Notes: generated from the letters alone by a model not told the origin. DNA of 64,000 bases from an uncultured delta proteobacterium (GCA_963711565.1 CAVQEQ010000004.1:1024001-1088000), one strand, 5' to 3'. Shown: positions 22,031 through 31,823, counted from the stretch's first letter. Made by a program: numbers and translations.

Positions 22031-22732
22031 GTGAGAGATTCGCGGCCAGCGCTGATCGTCTTCTGCCGCGAGCCTGTCGAGCACCAGGTCAAGACCCGCT
22101 TGCTCGGTGCGATCACGCCCGCCGCCGCGGTCGCGTTGTCCGACGCGTTCATTCGCGACGCACTCGCCAAGGCAGTCTCGGTCCACCCCTCGCAAATCGT
22201 CATCGCAGCCGGCGCGCGGGGCGGTGCCGAGCGGAGCAAATACTTCCAGCGCCTCTCGCGCCGATTTGGCGCCGACCTCATCGATCAAGGAAGTGGCTCG
22301 CTCGGCGCGCGGATGACGCACGCACTCGAACCGTTTTCATCCAATGGCGCGCTGTTAATCGGTACTGACACTCCGTCTCTTCCAACTGCGCTGCTCGCGG
22401 CCAGCCTCGAAGCACTTCGCCGCGCCCGCGTCGTGATCGCGCCCAGTCTCGACGGCGGCTACTACGCGGTCGGCGTGCGCGGTGCGATGCCCCCGATTTT
22501 CACCGGCATGCGATGGGGTACCGGCAGCGTCTTTGCCTCAACGATCAGGCGTCTCAAACGCGCCGGCATCAGGTACAGTCTCGGTCCAGCGTGGTACGAC
22601 GTCGATCTATGGGGCGACGTGATGCTGTTGGCAGCGCACCTGCGGCTGCTTGCTCGATTCCGCAATGGCACGCCGTGTCCCGCGACCGAGTCTGTGCTCA
22701 AGCGGCTTGGACTCCTGCGCCACGCTCGCTAA
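22031..22732 (+). CDS. TIGR04282/DUF2064 family glycosyltransferase-like protein
   Basis: VKTRL, QGSGSLGARM, IGTDTP, DGGYY, DVD motifs. Confidence 0.85.
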   Translation: MRDSRPALIVFCREPVEHQVKTRLLGAITPAAAVALSDAFIRDALAKAVSVHPSQIVIAAGARGGAERSKYFQRLSRRFGADLIDQGSGSLGARMTHALEPFSSNGALLIGTDTPSLPTALLAASLEALRRARVVIAPSLDGGYYAVGVRGAMPPIFTGMRWGTGSVFASTIRRLKRAGIRYSLGPAWYDVDLWGDVMLLAAHLRLLARFRNGTPCPATESVLKRLGLLRHAR

Positions 22733-22741
22733 AGTACCCCG

Positions 22742-22990
22742 GTGATCGAGCTGACTCTCTACACCCGCAACGACTGCGAGCTGTGCCGCGAGATGGAAGA
22801 AGTGATCGCGGCCGAGCTGCCGAAATTCGACGCGCAGCTGCGGCGCATCGAAATCGACGGTGACGCGGACCTCGAGGCCCGCTTTGGAATCGAAGTGCCG
22901 GTGCTGTTTGTGAACGATCGCAAGGCGTTCAAGTATCGATGCACTCCCGCTGAGTTGCGGATTCGCCTCGCGCGCGAGGCAAGGAGCTGA
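22742..22990 (+). CDS. Glutaredoxin-like protein (DUF836)
   Basis: LYTRNDCELC, EVPVL. Confidence 0.85.
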   Translation: MIELTLYTRNDCELCREMEEVIAAELPKFDAQLRRIEIDGDADLEARFGIEVPVLFVNDRKAFKYRCTPAELRIRLAREARS

Positions 22991-22991
22991 C

Positions 22992-23390
22992 ATGCCGGCG
23001 CGAACCCCTCACAAGATGCGCGTGATATTCGTTACGGCCGCGAGCGAGGACCAGGCCGTCACGATCGCGCGTACGCTGGTCGGCGAACGACTCGCGGCCT
23101 GCGTCAATATCGTCGGACCGGTGCGCTCCATTTATCGCTGGCGCGACGAGGTCAAGGACGATCGCGAGTATCTGCTGATCATCAAGACTCGCGCGATGCT
23201 CTATATGAAAGTGGAGACGCGCGTTCGCGAGATGCATACCTACGAGGTGCCCGAAGTCCTCGCGCTGAACGCAGATCGCGGCTCGCCGCCTTACATTCAA
23301 TGGATGCTCGACACGACCGGGCCGCCGCGCGGACACGCGAACAAGGGTCTATCGAGACCCGCAACCAGTCATCGCGGACGCTCACGATGA
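22992..23390 (+). CDS. cutA: Divalent-cation tolerance protein CutA
   Basis: LAACVN, SIYRW, HTYEVPE. Confidence 0.92.
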   Translation: MPARTPHKMRVIFVTAASEDQAVTIARTLVGERLAACVNIVGPVRSIYRWRDEVKDDREYLLIIKTRAMLYMKVETRVREMHTYEVPEVLALNADRGSPPYIQWMLDTTGPPRGHANKGLSRPATSHRGRSR

Positions 23391-24430
23391 TCAGGATTGC
23401 GATTGCAGGCGCCGGCGCGATTACCGAGCGCGCGCATATTCCGGCGCTGCGCGGCGTCGCCGACGCCCAAATTGTCGCGCTGCAAAGCCGCACCGCCGAC
23501 AAGGCCGAGTACGTCGCGCGCGCGCTTTGGCCAGACGACGCGGGGCGCCCCAAGACCTACTCGAATTTCGACGACATGCTGGCGCGCGAGCGTCCCGACG
23601 CGGTCGGAATCTTCACGCCGAATCATTTGCATTGCGAGTTCACCGTCAAGGCGCTGAGCGCGGGCGCGCACGTGCTCGTCGAGAAGCCGATGGCGCCCAC
23701 CGCCGCCCAAGCGCGCAAGATGGTCGATACGGCCGCGAAAGCTGGTCGCGTGCTGATGGTCGCGATGCAGCGGCGCTTCGGTGGAATCGAGCGCGCCATC
23801 AAGGACGCCCTCGCAAGCGGCGCAATCGGCACGCCGAATTTCATTCGCGCGCGGCTCTCGCACGGCGGACCGCAGGCGTGGGCGCCCGGGCAGAAATGGT
23901 TCACGACGGCTTCGGAAGCGGGCGGCGGCGCGATGCTCGATCTCGGCGTTCACGTCGCCGACCTTGCAATCTGGTTCATGGGCGAGATCGATTCCGTCTC
24001 CGGCCAGGTGGCAACGCTCGCCAAGCAGATCGAAGTCGATGACACCGGCGCGATGGTTGTCCACTTCAAGTCGGGCGCGATCGGCGTCGTCGATGCTAGT
24101 TGGAGCAGCATGCCGCCGCTGTCTGCGATCGAGATTTATGGCAGCGAGGGCAGGGTGATGGCCGGTTATCCGCGCAACGACATCTCGATTCTTAAATCCG
24201 ACGGCAATCCGGCGCCTGGATTTTCACGCGAGGAAGTGATCAGTCGTTTCGATCCGCGCGATTTTCTCGCGCCTTCCCGCGCGCTCGCGGAGAACTTCAT
24301 TGCCGCGATTCAAGGCCGTGCGAAACCTTCACCCGACGGCATCGACGGCCTGCGTGCGGTCGAGGCGATCGAGGCGTGCTATCGTTCGTCGCGTACCGGT
24401 AGTCGAATCAACCTGCCGCTCGATTCATAA
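23387..24430 (+). CDS. Gfo/Idh/MocA family oxidoreductase
   Basis: GAGAI, HVLVEKP, GGGAMLDLGVH; ATGA overlap with cutA. Confidence 0.9.
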   Translation: MIRIAIAGAGAITERAHIPALRGVADAQIVALQSRTADKAEYVARALWPDDAGRPKTYSNFDDMLARERPDAVGIFTPNHLHCEFTVKALSAGAHVLVEKPMAPTAAQARKMVDTAAKAGRVLMVAMQRRFGGIERAIKDALASGAIGTPNFIRARLSHGGPQAWAPGQKWFTTASEAGGGAMLDLGVHVADLAIWFMGEIDSVSGQVATLAKQIEVDDTGAMVVHFKSGAIGVVDASWSSMPPLSAIEIYGSEGRVMAGYPRNDISILKSDGNPAPGFSREEVISRFDPRDFLAPSRALAENFIAAIQGRAKPSPDGIDGLRAVEAIEACYRSSRTGSRINLPLDS

Positions 24431-24437
24431 TTCACAC

Positions 24438-25523
24438 ATGTTTCGCGAATCGATCAAAAGCATGGCGCCGTATCGGCCCGGCGAGCAGCCGCGTCCCGGC
24501 GAGCGCCTGATCAAGCTCAACACCAATGAGAATCCGTATCCGCCGTCGCCGCGAGTCCGCCGTGCCGTTGCGAGAGCGATGGCGGGTTCGGCGCTGCGAT
24601 TGTATCCTGCCCCGCGCGCCGACGAATTCGTGGCGAGCGCTGCGAAAATCTACTCGATACCGCAAAGCATGATCCTCGCCGGCAACGGCTCGGACGAATT
24701 GCTCGCGATGGTGTTCCGCGCCACGCTCGGCGAGGGCGACACCGTTGCCTATCCCGTCCCGACCTATTCGCTCTACGACACCTTGGCGCTCGTGCAGGAG
24801 GCGCGCATCCTCCACGTCCCGCTGGGCGGCGACTTCGCGTTGCCGCTCGACGCGCTCGCCGACGCGCGCGCCAATCTCACGATCGTTTGCAGTCCGAACT
24901 CGCCGTCCGGCACCTCGACCCCGAGCAGCAACCTGGGCGCGCTGGCAAAACGCCTCGAGGGCCGTCTCCTCGTGATCGACGAAGCCTACGTCGACTTCGC
25001 GGACGAGAATGCGCTCGGCCTGGTCCGGCGCCATCGCAACGTCGTCGTCCTGCGCACGCTGTCGAAGTCCTACTCGCTGGCCGGAATGCGGCTGGGTCTC
25101 TGCTTTGCGCATCCGTCGGTGATCGACGCGCTGATGAAGGTCAAGGATTCGTACAACCTGAGCCGCGTCGCGCTGGCTGCCGGGGCCGAAGCGCTGCGCG
25201 ACGATGCCTGGATGCGCCGCAATGTCGCGAAGGTAATCCGCACGCGCGCCGCGACCGAGGTGCGGCTGCGTGAGCTCGGCTTCGAGGTGCCGCCCTCGCA
25301 GGCGAATTTCGTGCTGGCGCGGATACCGGGACGCGACATGGCCCCGGTCATGCGCGGGCTGCGTCGCGCCGGAATCCTGGTCCGCCACTTCGCGACGCCG
25401 CTGCTGCAGGACGCCCTCCGCATCTCGATTGGAACTCCGACCGAGATGGACGCGCTGACCAAGGCACTCGCGCCGCTGGTTCGCGCGACGCTACCGAAAC
25501 CGAAACGCCGCGTTCGCGCATGA
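24438..25523 (+). CDS. hisC: Histidinol-phosphate aminotransferase
   Basis: KLNTNENPY, GNGSDE, DEAYVDF, RTLSKSYSLAGMRLG. Confidence 0.93.
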   Translation: MFRESIKSMAPYRPGEQPRPGERLIKLNTNENPYPPSPRVRRAVARAMAGSALRLYPAPRADEFVASAAKIYSIPQSMILAGNGSDELLAMVFRATLGEGDTVAYPVPTYSLYDTLALVQEARILHVPLGGDFALPLDALADARANLTIVCSPNSPSGTSTPSSNLGALAKRLEGRLLVIDEAYVDFADENALGLVRRHRNVVVLRTLSKSYSLAGMRLGLCFAHPSVIDALMKVKDSYNLSRVALAAGAEALRDDAWMRRNVAKVIRTRAATEVRLRELGFEVPPSQANFVLARIPGRDMAPVMRGLRRAGILVRHFATPLLQDALRISIGTPTEMDALTKALAPLVRATLPKPKRRVRA

Positions 25524-25536
25524 GCGCTTGAATTCG

Positions 25537-26220
25537 ATGGCGGCGATCAAGCGTCTATTCGGAAATTTTCGTTCGTCGCGCGCGAAGAAATCCGACTCCG
25601 AAGCGCGTTCTGCGATTGAATGGGTTGTGACCGGGCTGGGGAATCCCGGCGAGGAATACGCGCGCTCGCGCCACAACTCCGGCTTCATGACGATCGATCG
25701 GATCGCCAAAGCGAAAGGCGTCGAGCTTGGCCGGCGCCGATTCAAAGGCGTCACCGCTGAGACTACGCTGGCCGAAAAGCCGGCGCTCCTCGTCAAGCCG
25801 CAGACTTTTTACAACCTGAGCGGCGAATGCGTTTCGGCTCTGCTCGGCTATTTCAAAATTCCGCCCAATCATCTGATCGTGCTGCATGACGAGCTCGACC
25901 TCGAAGCAGGGCGCCTCAGGATCAAGCAGGGCGGCGGCGACGCCGGCAACCGCGGCGTTCGTTCAATCGCCGAGTCGCTCGGAACAACGGATTTCATCCG
26001 CGTCAGAATCGGAATCGGCCGGCCGCCCGGATTTACCGTCGAAATGGAACCTGGCCGCCAGCCGAAGACCGAAGAAAACAAGGACTACCTCCTCCGCCCG
26101 ATGACGGCCGCCGAGCGGCAGGCGCTGGCGCCGATCCTCGAGCGCGCCGCGAGCGCGGTCGAAGCGATCGCCGCCAACGGACTCGAAGCGGCGATGAATC
26201 GTTACAACCAGCGCAGCTGA
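25537..26220 (+). CDS. pth: Peptidyl-tRNA hydrolase
   Basis: GLGNPG, RHNSGF, KPQTFYNLSG, HDELD, RVRIGIGRP. Confidence 0.93.
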   Translation: MAAIKRLFGNFRSSRAKKSDSEARSAIEWVVTGLGNPGEEYARSRHNSGFMTIDRIAKAKGVELGRRRFKGVTAETTLAEKPALLVKPQTFYNLSGECVSALLGYFKIPPNHLIVLHDELDLEAGRLRIKQGGGDAGNRGVRSIAESLGTTDFIRVRIGIGRPPGFTVEMEPGRQPKTEENKDYLLRPMTAAERQALAPILERAASAVEAIAANGLEAAMNRYNQRS

Positions 26221-26253
26221 AGTTGATTCAGGGTGATCTGCGGAGAATCCTGA

Positions 26254-27975
26254 ATGTCGCCAAACACGCGCGCCTCTGAAGAATCCGTTTCTCGTTTCAA
26301 AGGAATCGACGCGGCGCTGCTCGCGCTCCTGCTCGCGCTCGCGATGCTCCTCATCGCCGACTCGGGATTTGTCAGCGGACAGGAGTTGTGGCCGATGCCC
26401 GACGCGGTCGAATACGCCGCGCTTGCCGTCAACCTCGATCGCGGCCTGGGCCCGGTACTCCATTTCGGCGGGGATACTTATCCGAGCCGCTACACCATCG
26501 GCTATCCACTGATCCTCGCCGCGGCCTATCCAATTCTGGGCCGCAAGCCCGAGCGGCTATGCCTCGTCACGGCGCTGACGGCATTGATCGCGATCGCCGG
26601 CCTATACCTGCTGACGCTGTGGGTATTCGATCGGCCGAGCGCAATGGTGGCCAGTCTGCTGCTGGCTACCTCGCCACATTTTCTCGGACTTTCCACTTGC
26701 GTGCTGAGCGACGTTCCTTCGCTCGCCGTCGTAATCCTCGCGGTGCTGGCATTTTCATATGCCGAGGAAAAACAAAGCCTGATTGCGTCAGCGCTGTGCG
26801 GGATTCTGGTCGGCCTGGCCGTCACAATCCGTGTCACCAACGGCGCCATTTTGATCGGAATGCTCGCGGCGGCATTGCTCGTGCAACCGCGGAGAGCGCA
26901 ATTCGCGCGAGTGACCGCGTTCGCGATCGGATTCGTCGCATTTCCAGGATTGCAGGTTGGGCTGAATCTGCATTACCTCGGTTCGCCGCTGTCGAACGGT
27001 TACGCGTTCTGGCAGCCGGATGTTTACAGCTCATTTTTCACCGCCTTTGATCCGCGCTACCTCTTTGTCCCTTGGGATCCGTCGCATCGGCACGGAAATT
27101 TCGTCGCTTATGCGATCGCGATGCTCGGTCTCGACGGCATCTTCGGCCAGCTTAATTTGGGCGCTGAGTCACGAACGTTATTTCGCGCGCGCTACGGGTT
27201 CTACCCGTTTCCGGTGGTGCTGTTCGCAGGGTTGGGCGTGTTCCTGGCGATGCGCCGCAAGCGCGACGCACTTACGATGCGCACAGTGATTTTGGGCTTG
27301 AGCTTTCTCGCCGCGCTGTTGCTGGTTTACCTCCCTTATTTCTATGTCGATCCCCGTTTCTTGCTGCCGGCGTTGTTCATCGTTTTTGCCGCGGCAGGCT
27401 ACGGGCTGATCAGCGCAAATCGAAAGCTCGAGCGCGGATGGGCTGGATTTGTGGCGATTGCCCTCGACGTGGTTGTCGCCGGAGCGATCGTGGTGCAGAC
27501 GCTTTCGCGGCTTGCGATGCCGCTGCCACGGGATTCGAGGCTCGTTGCCGACGTGCTCGCGCTCCGGCCCCGGCTCAGCAACGCCGTGCTGGTCAGCGAC
27601 ATTTCTCTACAGTGGCTCGAACTTTATGCGGGCGGAGAAGGAACCGAATTTGTCGGCCTCCGCAGTCATTTTGGCGCGCAACCGGTCAACGAAGAACATT
27701 TGCACTGGCTCTACGAGAAAAGGTCCAAAGGATGGTCCGGGCCGACGCCGCCAATATTGCTCCTTCCCGATGGTGGCCTCGACCCGGCCGAGGCGCGCCG
27801 GCTCGCCGACGAGGACAAGCAGGGACGCCCGGTTTACCTGCTCGTCTTGAATGCCACCTCCAGCGAATGGTTGGGGGTGCTCAAGCGGGAGGTCGCCGAG
27901 ATCGATCGCGGCTTCGCGCTCGAAAGGATCGCGCACTATCCCGAAATGGGGCTTTACCGTTTGCGGCCGCGCTAG
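26254..27975 (+). CDS. GT-C fold (ArnT/PMT-like) membrane glycosyltransferase
   Basis: Multiple TM helices, PDAVEY first-loop acidic motif, GYP, DPRFLLP, C-terminal soluble domain. Confidence 0.8.
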   Translation: MSPNTRASEESVSRFKGIDAALLALLLALAMLLIADSGFVSGQELWPMPDAVEYAALAVNLDRGLGPVLHFGGDTYPSRYTIGYPLILAAAYPILGRKPERLCLVTALTALIAIAGLYLLTLWVFDRPSAMVASLLLATSPHFLGLSTCVLSDVPSLAVVILAVLAFSYAEEKQSLIASALCGILVGLAVTIRVTNGAILIGMLAAALLVQPRRAQFARVTAFAIGFVAFPGLQVGLNLHYLGSPLSNGYAFWQPDVYSSFFTAFDPRYLFVPWDPSHRHGNFVAYAIAMLGLDGIFGQLNLGAESRTLFRARYGFYPFPVVLFAGLGVFLAMRRKRDALTMRTVILGLSFLAALLLVYLPYFYVDPRFLLPALFIVFAAAGYGLISANRKLERGWAGFVAIALDVVVAGAIVVQTLSRLAMPLPRDSRLVADVLALRPRLSNAVLVSDISLQWLELYAGGEGTEFVGLRSHFGAQPVNEEHLHWLYEKRSKGWSGPTPPILLLPDGGLDPAEARRLADEDKQGRPVYLLVLNATSSEWLGVLKREVAEIDRGFALERIAHYPEMGLYRLRPR

Positions 27976-28003
27976 TCCGCGCGCGCACGCGAAGCACGGA
28001 TCG

Positions 28004-28039
28004 GAAGCCGCGATCAATCGCTACAACCAGCGTCGTTAG
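28004..28039 (+). repeat. Orphan duplicate of the pth 3' end (att-like scar)
   Basis: 26/30 nt identical to 26185-26214; reads EAAINRYNQRR-stop versus EAAMNRYNQRS-stop. Confidence 0.8.
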
Positions 28040-28279
28040 AGTACATTGAGCGACTTCATTAATAACAAATTGTCTCTAACTCTAATCATTCTGTTGACTT
28101 AGCGACGGACCCCGCGCTAAGCATCACTTCATTGGAATCCTCGTCGCGTTGGTGCGGGTAAGGTTTCGCGTCCCGCTCGAATAGCAGCGCTGTTCGCGCA
28201 GATGCGAGAGGGGCCTGATTGGCCCCGTCGCCCACGCGCTTCGTTCGGGTTCGTAATCTTTACCTCGGATAGGGCTGCC

Positions 28280-28768
28280 ATGTTTGACGAAAACAAGACC
28301 CGCTTCAAAAGTGCGGAGGAAGCTCTTCGCTTTTATTTCCGTTTGCGCGAGCTGCTTTACAGCGGACGGTCGCGACGCCTGGTGGCGGACGAGTTGCCGA
28401 CCAATGCCTGCGCGGTAGCGCTCAACGCGATCGACGACTACCAATGCATCGGCTGGTGCATGCGCAGTCTCGATCAGATCGCCCTGTGGCTGCTCAGCGA
28501 ACTTTACGGGCCGACTTGCTTCGGCGTGCATCGGCGAACGCTCTCGCACGCCCGCCGGGCCGGCAGGCTCGAGTTCCCCGAGCGCGAGTTTCGCCTGCGC
28601 GAGGTCGGCCTGATCCACGAGCACGCACTCGGCGTTGTGAAGCGAGGCTTGCGCGAACTCGGCATGATCCCCGCCCGTCAAGTGAAAGCCGTGCGCGATC
28701 GCCGCGGGATGATCGCCGTGGGCAAACGGACCGATTTCCAGGGCTCCCGCGCGGCCGAGCGCGGATAG
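28280..28768 (+). CDS. Hypothetical protein, possibly sigma-region-4/phage-regulator-like
   Basis: 162-aa ORF starting MFDENKTRFKSAEEALRFYF; function inferred from helix pattern only. Confidence 0.65.
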   Translation: MFDENKTRFKSAEEALRFYFRLRELLYSGRSRRLVADELPTNACAVALNAIDDYQCIGWCMRSLDQIALWLLSELYGPTCFGVHRRTLSHARRAGRLEFPEREFRLREVGLIHEHALGVVKRGLRELGMIPARQVKAVRDRRGMIAVGKRTDFQGSRAAERG

Positions 28769-28876
28769 TTTCGCGATCGGAAGTCAGGGAGCGCCGGCAG
28801 GCTATTCCGCGCCGTCAAAATTCCTGTACCCTTGAGCATCTATGGCTCTGGGCGAACGGATTTGACGAAGCGAAAC

Positions 28877-30061
28877 GTGAAGGAAGATCAGGCGAATGAA
28901 CAGGCTGCCGCGTTCGCGCGCGGCACCGCGGAGGTTATTTCTCCGACGGAGCTTGCCGCCAAAATCGCGCTCGGCCGGCCCCTCAGGATCAAGCTCGGGA
29001 TGGATCCGACCGCGCCCGATCTGCATCTCGGTCACAGCTTGACGCTCAAGAAGCTGCGCGAGTTTCAGGATGCGGGCCACACCGTAATTTTCCTGGTCGG
29101 CGACTTCACCGCGATGATCGGCGATCCAACTGGACGCTCCGAGACGCGCAAGCCCCTCTCGCGCGACGAGATCGAGCGCAACGCTGATACCTATCGCGAA
29201 CAGGCTTACCGGATTCTCGATCGCGAGCTGACCGAGGTCCGCTTCAACAGCGAATGGATGAACGAATTGGACGTGGCGAAGCTGATCGAAGTTGCGGCGA
29301 AGGTGAGCGTCGCCCGCCTGCTCGAGCGCGACGACTTCGAGAAGCGCCTCGGCGCCGAGGAGCCCCTGTTCCTGCACGAGCTGCTGTATCCCGTGATCCA
29401 GGGTTACGATTCTGTCGCGCTGAAAGCGGATCTCGAAATTGGCGGCACCGATCAGAAGTTCAACATGCTGGTCGGGCGCGATCTGCAACGGCATTTTGGA
29501 CAGGCGCCGCAAGCGGTGATGACGATGCCGCTGCTCGAAGGTCTCGACGGCGTGCGCAAAATGTCCAAGTCGCTCGGCAACTACGTCGGCCTGACCGACA
29601 AACCCGTGGACATGTATGGCAAGCTGATGTCGGTGCCCGATAAGTTGATGGTTCGCTATTACGAGCTGCTGACGACGGCCACGCCTGAGGAGATCGCGGC
29701 GGTGAAATCAGGCGCGATGCATCCGATGGAAGCGAAGAAACGTCTTGCCCGCACCATCGTCACCGAATATCACGGTGCGCCCGCCGCGACTCGCGCCGAG
29801 GAATACTTCGAGAGCAAGCACCAACGGCGCGAAGTTCCCACAAGCGCGCAGGTGTATCGAATCGCCGAGGACCTTTGGATTTGCGAGCTGATGAAGCAGC
29901 TACAGTTCACGCCTTCGACCAGCGAGGCGCGCCGCCTTGTCAGCCAGGGCGCGGTGCGGGTTAACGGCCGCACGATTACCGACGTGAATTTTCGCTTCGT
30001 TCCCGGAGAGCACAAAGTGCTCGAAGTGGGCAAGCGCCGCGTCGCGCGAATCGAGCCCTGA
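28877..30061 (+). CDS. tyrS: Tyrosine--tRNA ligase
   Basis: DPTAPDLHLGH, QGYDS, GGTDQKFN, KMSKS, C-terminal S4 domain. Confidence 0.97.
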   Translation: MKEDQANEQAAAFARGTAEVISPTELAAKIALGRPLRIKLGMDPTAPDLHLGHSLTLKKLREFQDAGHTVIFLVGDFTAMIGDPTGRSETRKPLSRDEIERNADTYREQAYRILDRELTEVRFNSEWMNELDVAKLIEVAAKVSVARLLERDDFEKRLGAEEPLFLHELLYPVIQGYDSVALKADLEIGGTDQKFNMLVGRDLQRHFGQAPQAVMTMPLLEGLDGVRKMSKSLGNYVGLTDKPVDMYGKLMSVPDKLMVRYYELLTTATPEEIAAVKSGAMHPMEAKKRLARTIVTEYHGAPAATRAEEYFESKHQRREVPTSAQVYRIAEDLWICELMKQLQFTPSTSEARRLVSQGAVRVNGRTITDVNFRFVPGEHKVLEVGKRRVARIEP

Positions 30062-30073
30062 CGCGCCGGGCGC

Positions 30074-30337
30074 TCAGTCGCCTTTATTCTTCTCGGCCGC
30101 CGCTACCGCTTCGCGCAGCTTTTCCATCGTGCGCCCGAGCGCCTTCGTGTAGCGCTGCTTGGTCCAGGTCTCCTTGGTGCGCATCTTGAGCCAGCCGAGC
30201 TTCACCGCGTCGGGCTTGTTGCCCATCTCGCCGGTCGAAACCTCGATGATCGCGCGCTCCTCGGTGTTGAGCGAGTCGAGCACTTCGCGCTTGAGGTTCT
30301 GCAGAAATCCGGACTTGAGGTCGATATCGATCTTCAT
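30074..30337 (-). CDS. Hypothetical small protein, sigma-region-4-like pattern
   Basis: 87-aa ORF with good codon usage; LDSLNTEERAII..G..TKQR..MEKLR. Confidence 0.7.
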   Translation of the reverse strand: MKIDIDLKSGFLQNLKREVLDSLNTEERAIIEVSTGEMGNKPDAVKLGWLKMRTKETWTKQRYTKALGRTMEKLREAVAAAEKNKGD

Positions 30338-30485
30338 CGAAAACGCACTTCCATCACCAAAGCCTAGACCATCGCATGCGCGCCCTCAACGGGTGGCAGC
30401 AACGATCGTCCGCCAGCGGCACGCATCGAGTTCCCGAAAAGGAATCGGCGTGCCGCCGGCATGGGGAGCGGAAGCGCGAGCTCGG

Positions 30486-30920
30486 CTACTCTTCGTCGAC
30501 CGCCTGCCGAATCGCGTTTAGAATGAACAAATACTGATTCGGCCCCGACACGCGGCCGAGCATGTTCACGGTTTTAAGAACCCTGAGTTCCTGCTCCGTC
30601 ACCTTGTGACGCGCGAGCGTCCCGCGATCGCCGGCAAACCGGCGCCATGCGTCTTCGCGCCGCTTGGACGGTGAGGCCTCCGGCCGCTCGGTGACGATCC
30701 AATGCGCCTCAGGATGCGCCAGCAGGAACAGCCGCTTCTTGTCGAGTTCGAGCGTATCCGCGATCCGCGACAGCAGCGAGAGCGAAGGGCGCCGCCGTCC
30801 GTTTTCGAGGTAGGCGACGTGGCTGGCCTTGACGCCGAGTTTGCGCGCCAGTTCACGCTGTGTGTAAGCGTAGGCGCCGCGCCGCTGTTTGAGGACCTGA
30901 CCAAGAGTTTCTTTTTTCAT
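30486..30920 (-). CDS. XRE-family HTH transcriptional regulator
   Basis: TQRELARKLGVKASHVAYLENGRRRPS. Confidence 0.88.
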   Translation of the reverse strand: MKKETLGQVLKQRRGAYAYTQRELARKLGVKASHVAYLENGRRRPSLSLLSRIADTLELDKKRLFLLAHPEAHWIVTERPEASPSKRREDAWRRFAGDRGTLARHKVTEQELRVLKTVNMLGRVSGPNQYLFILNAIRQAVDEE

Positions 30921-31346
30921 AGTTCGTCGTCCGCCCATAGTGCCCGTAGGGGTCTCGCGTAGTGGATGTTACCGGTCAGGTGTTGAGAACACCGACCGAT
31001 CGATAGTGAAATGCCAAAATCGCCTTTGCTCAAATTCTGCGGTTCTCGGATCGGCTTCTCAGCGCAAACTTTAATCGCGGCCGGTTTCGCGGCCCGATTT
31101 CAAAATCGCTTCAGCCACCATACATGCGTCTGAGCGTTCGTTCAGTTTTCAGCGCTTTGACCAACAGTCTCATACTTATGCACATAAAGTCCACACCGAC
31201 AACTCTTCGCGCGGCAAGAGTTACAAGAATATTAACAGAACGAATGGCCCGTTAGCGCGTTCGATGACAGTTTGACTCTGGTAGAAAGACTGCAAGTTAC
31301 GGAACAACGGTAAATTTTACAATCTGCGTTGTTCGGAACTTCGAGG

Positions 31347-31823
31347 CTATCCGGCTGATGGCGGTGGAAGATGTGGCTTCTGGCAGGTGCCGCCCGCGGC
31401 GCAATTGAGACCGGCGCCAAAATAAATCGCGCCCGCCTTCACCGGATAGAACAGATAGTCGAGCGGCGTCTGAATCGGATCGAACCGCTGCGGTGGCCCT
31501 GCCGCAGCTGCCTCGGCCTGAGTTTGTTCCTCGACATGCTGCTGGGTATTGGTCTCGACATCCTGCACGCTCGCCAGGCGCTCGTCGGATCCGAAGATTG
31601 CGGCTTTGCCCGGCTCGAGCCAGACGTAGCGTAGCACGGTGGCGCCGCTATGGTTGGGGTCCGCGACGTTGTCCTTGAGGTCGGGCTCGCCCATCGACTG
31701 TACCGTTTGAGCCGGCGTCATCCCGGGAGTCAGCGACCCGCTCTTGACCGTCGAGCACGCGACGACAAATAGCGCGATCAGCCCGACCGCCGCGCGTGCA
31801 AGAAGTGTCTGCATCGTCATCAT
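31347..31823 (-). CDS. Hypothetical lipoprotein (SmpA/BamE-like N-terminus)
   Basis: Lipobox VVAC; LTPGMT..Q..MGEPD. Confidence 0.7.
   Translation of the reverse strand: MMTMQTLLARAAVGLIALFVVACSTVKSGSLTPGMTPAQTVQSMGEPDLKDNVADPNHSGATVLRYVWLEPGKAAIFGSDERLASVQDVETNTQQHVEEQTQAEAAAAGPPQRFDPIQTPLDYLFYPVKAGAIYFGAGLNCAAGGTCQKPHLPPPSAG

Noticed and set aside
22031-22732. Arsenosugar pathway suggested by the TIGR04282-like gene plus the ArsA-like ATPase
   Set aside because: No radical SAM, partner glycosyltransferase or arsenic methyltransferase nearby; the two genes are 12 kb apart
28769-28876. T-box leader for tyrS
   Set aside because: Gap too short and no T-box consensus seen
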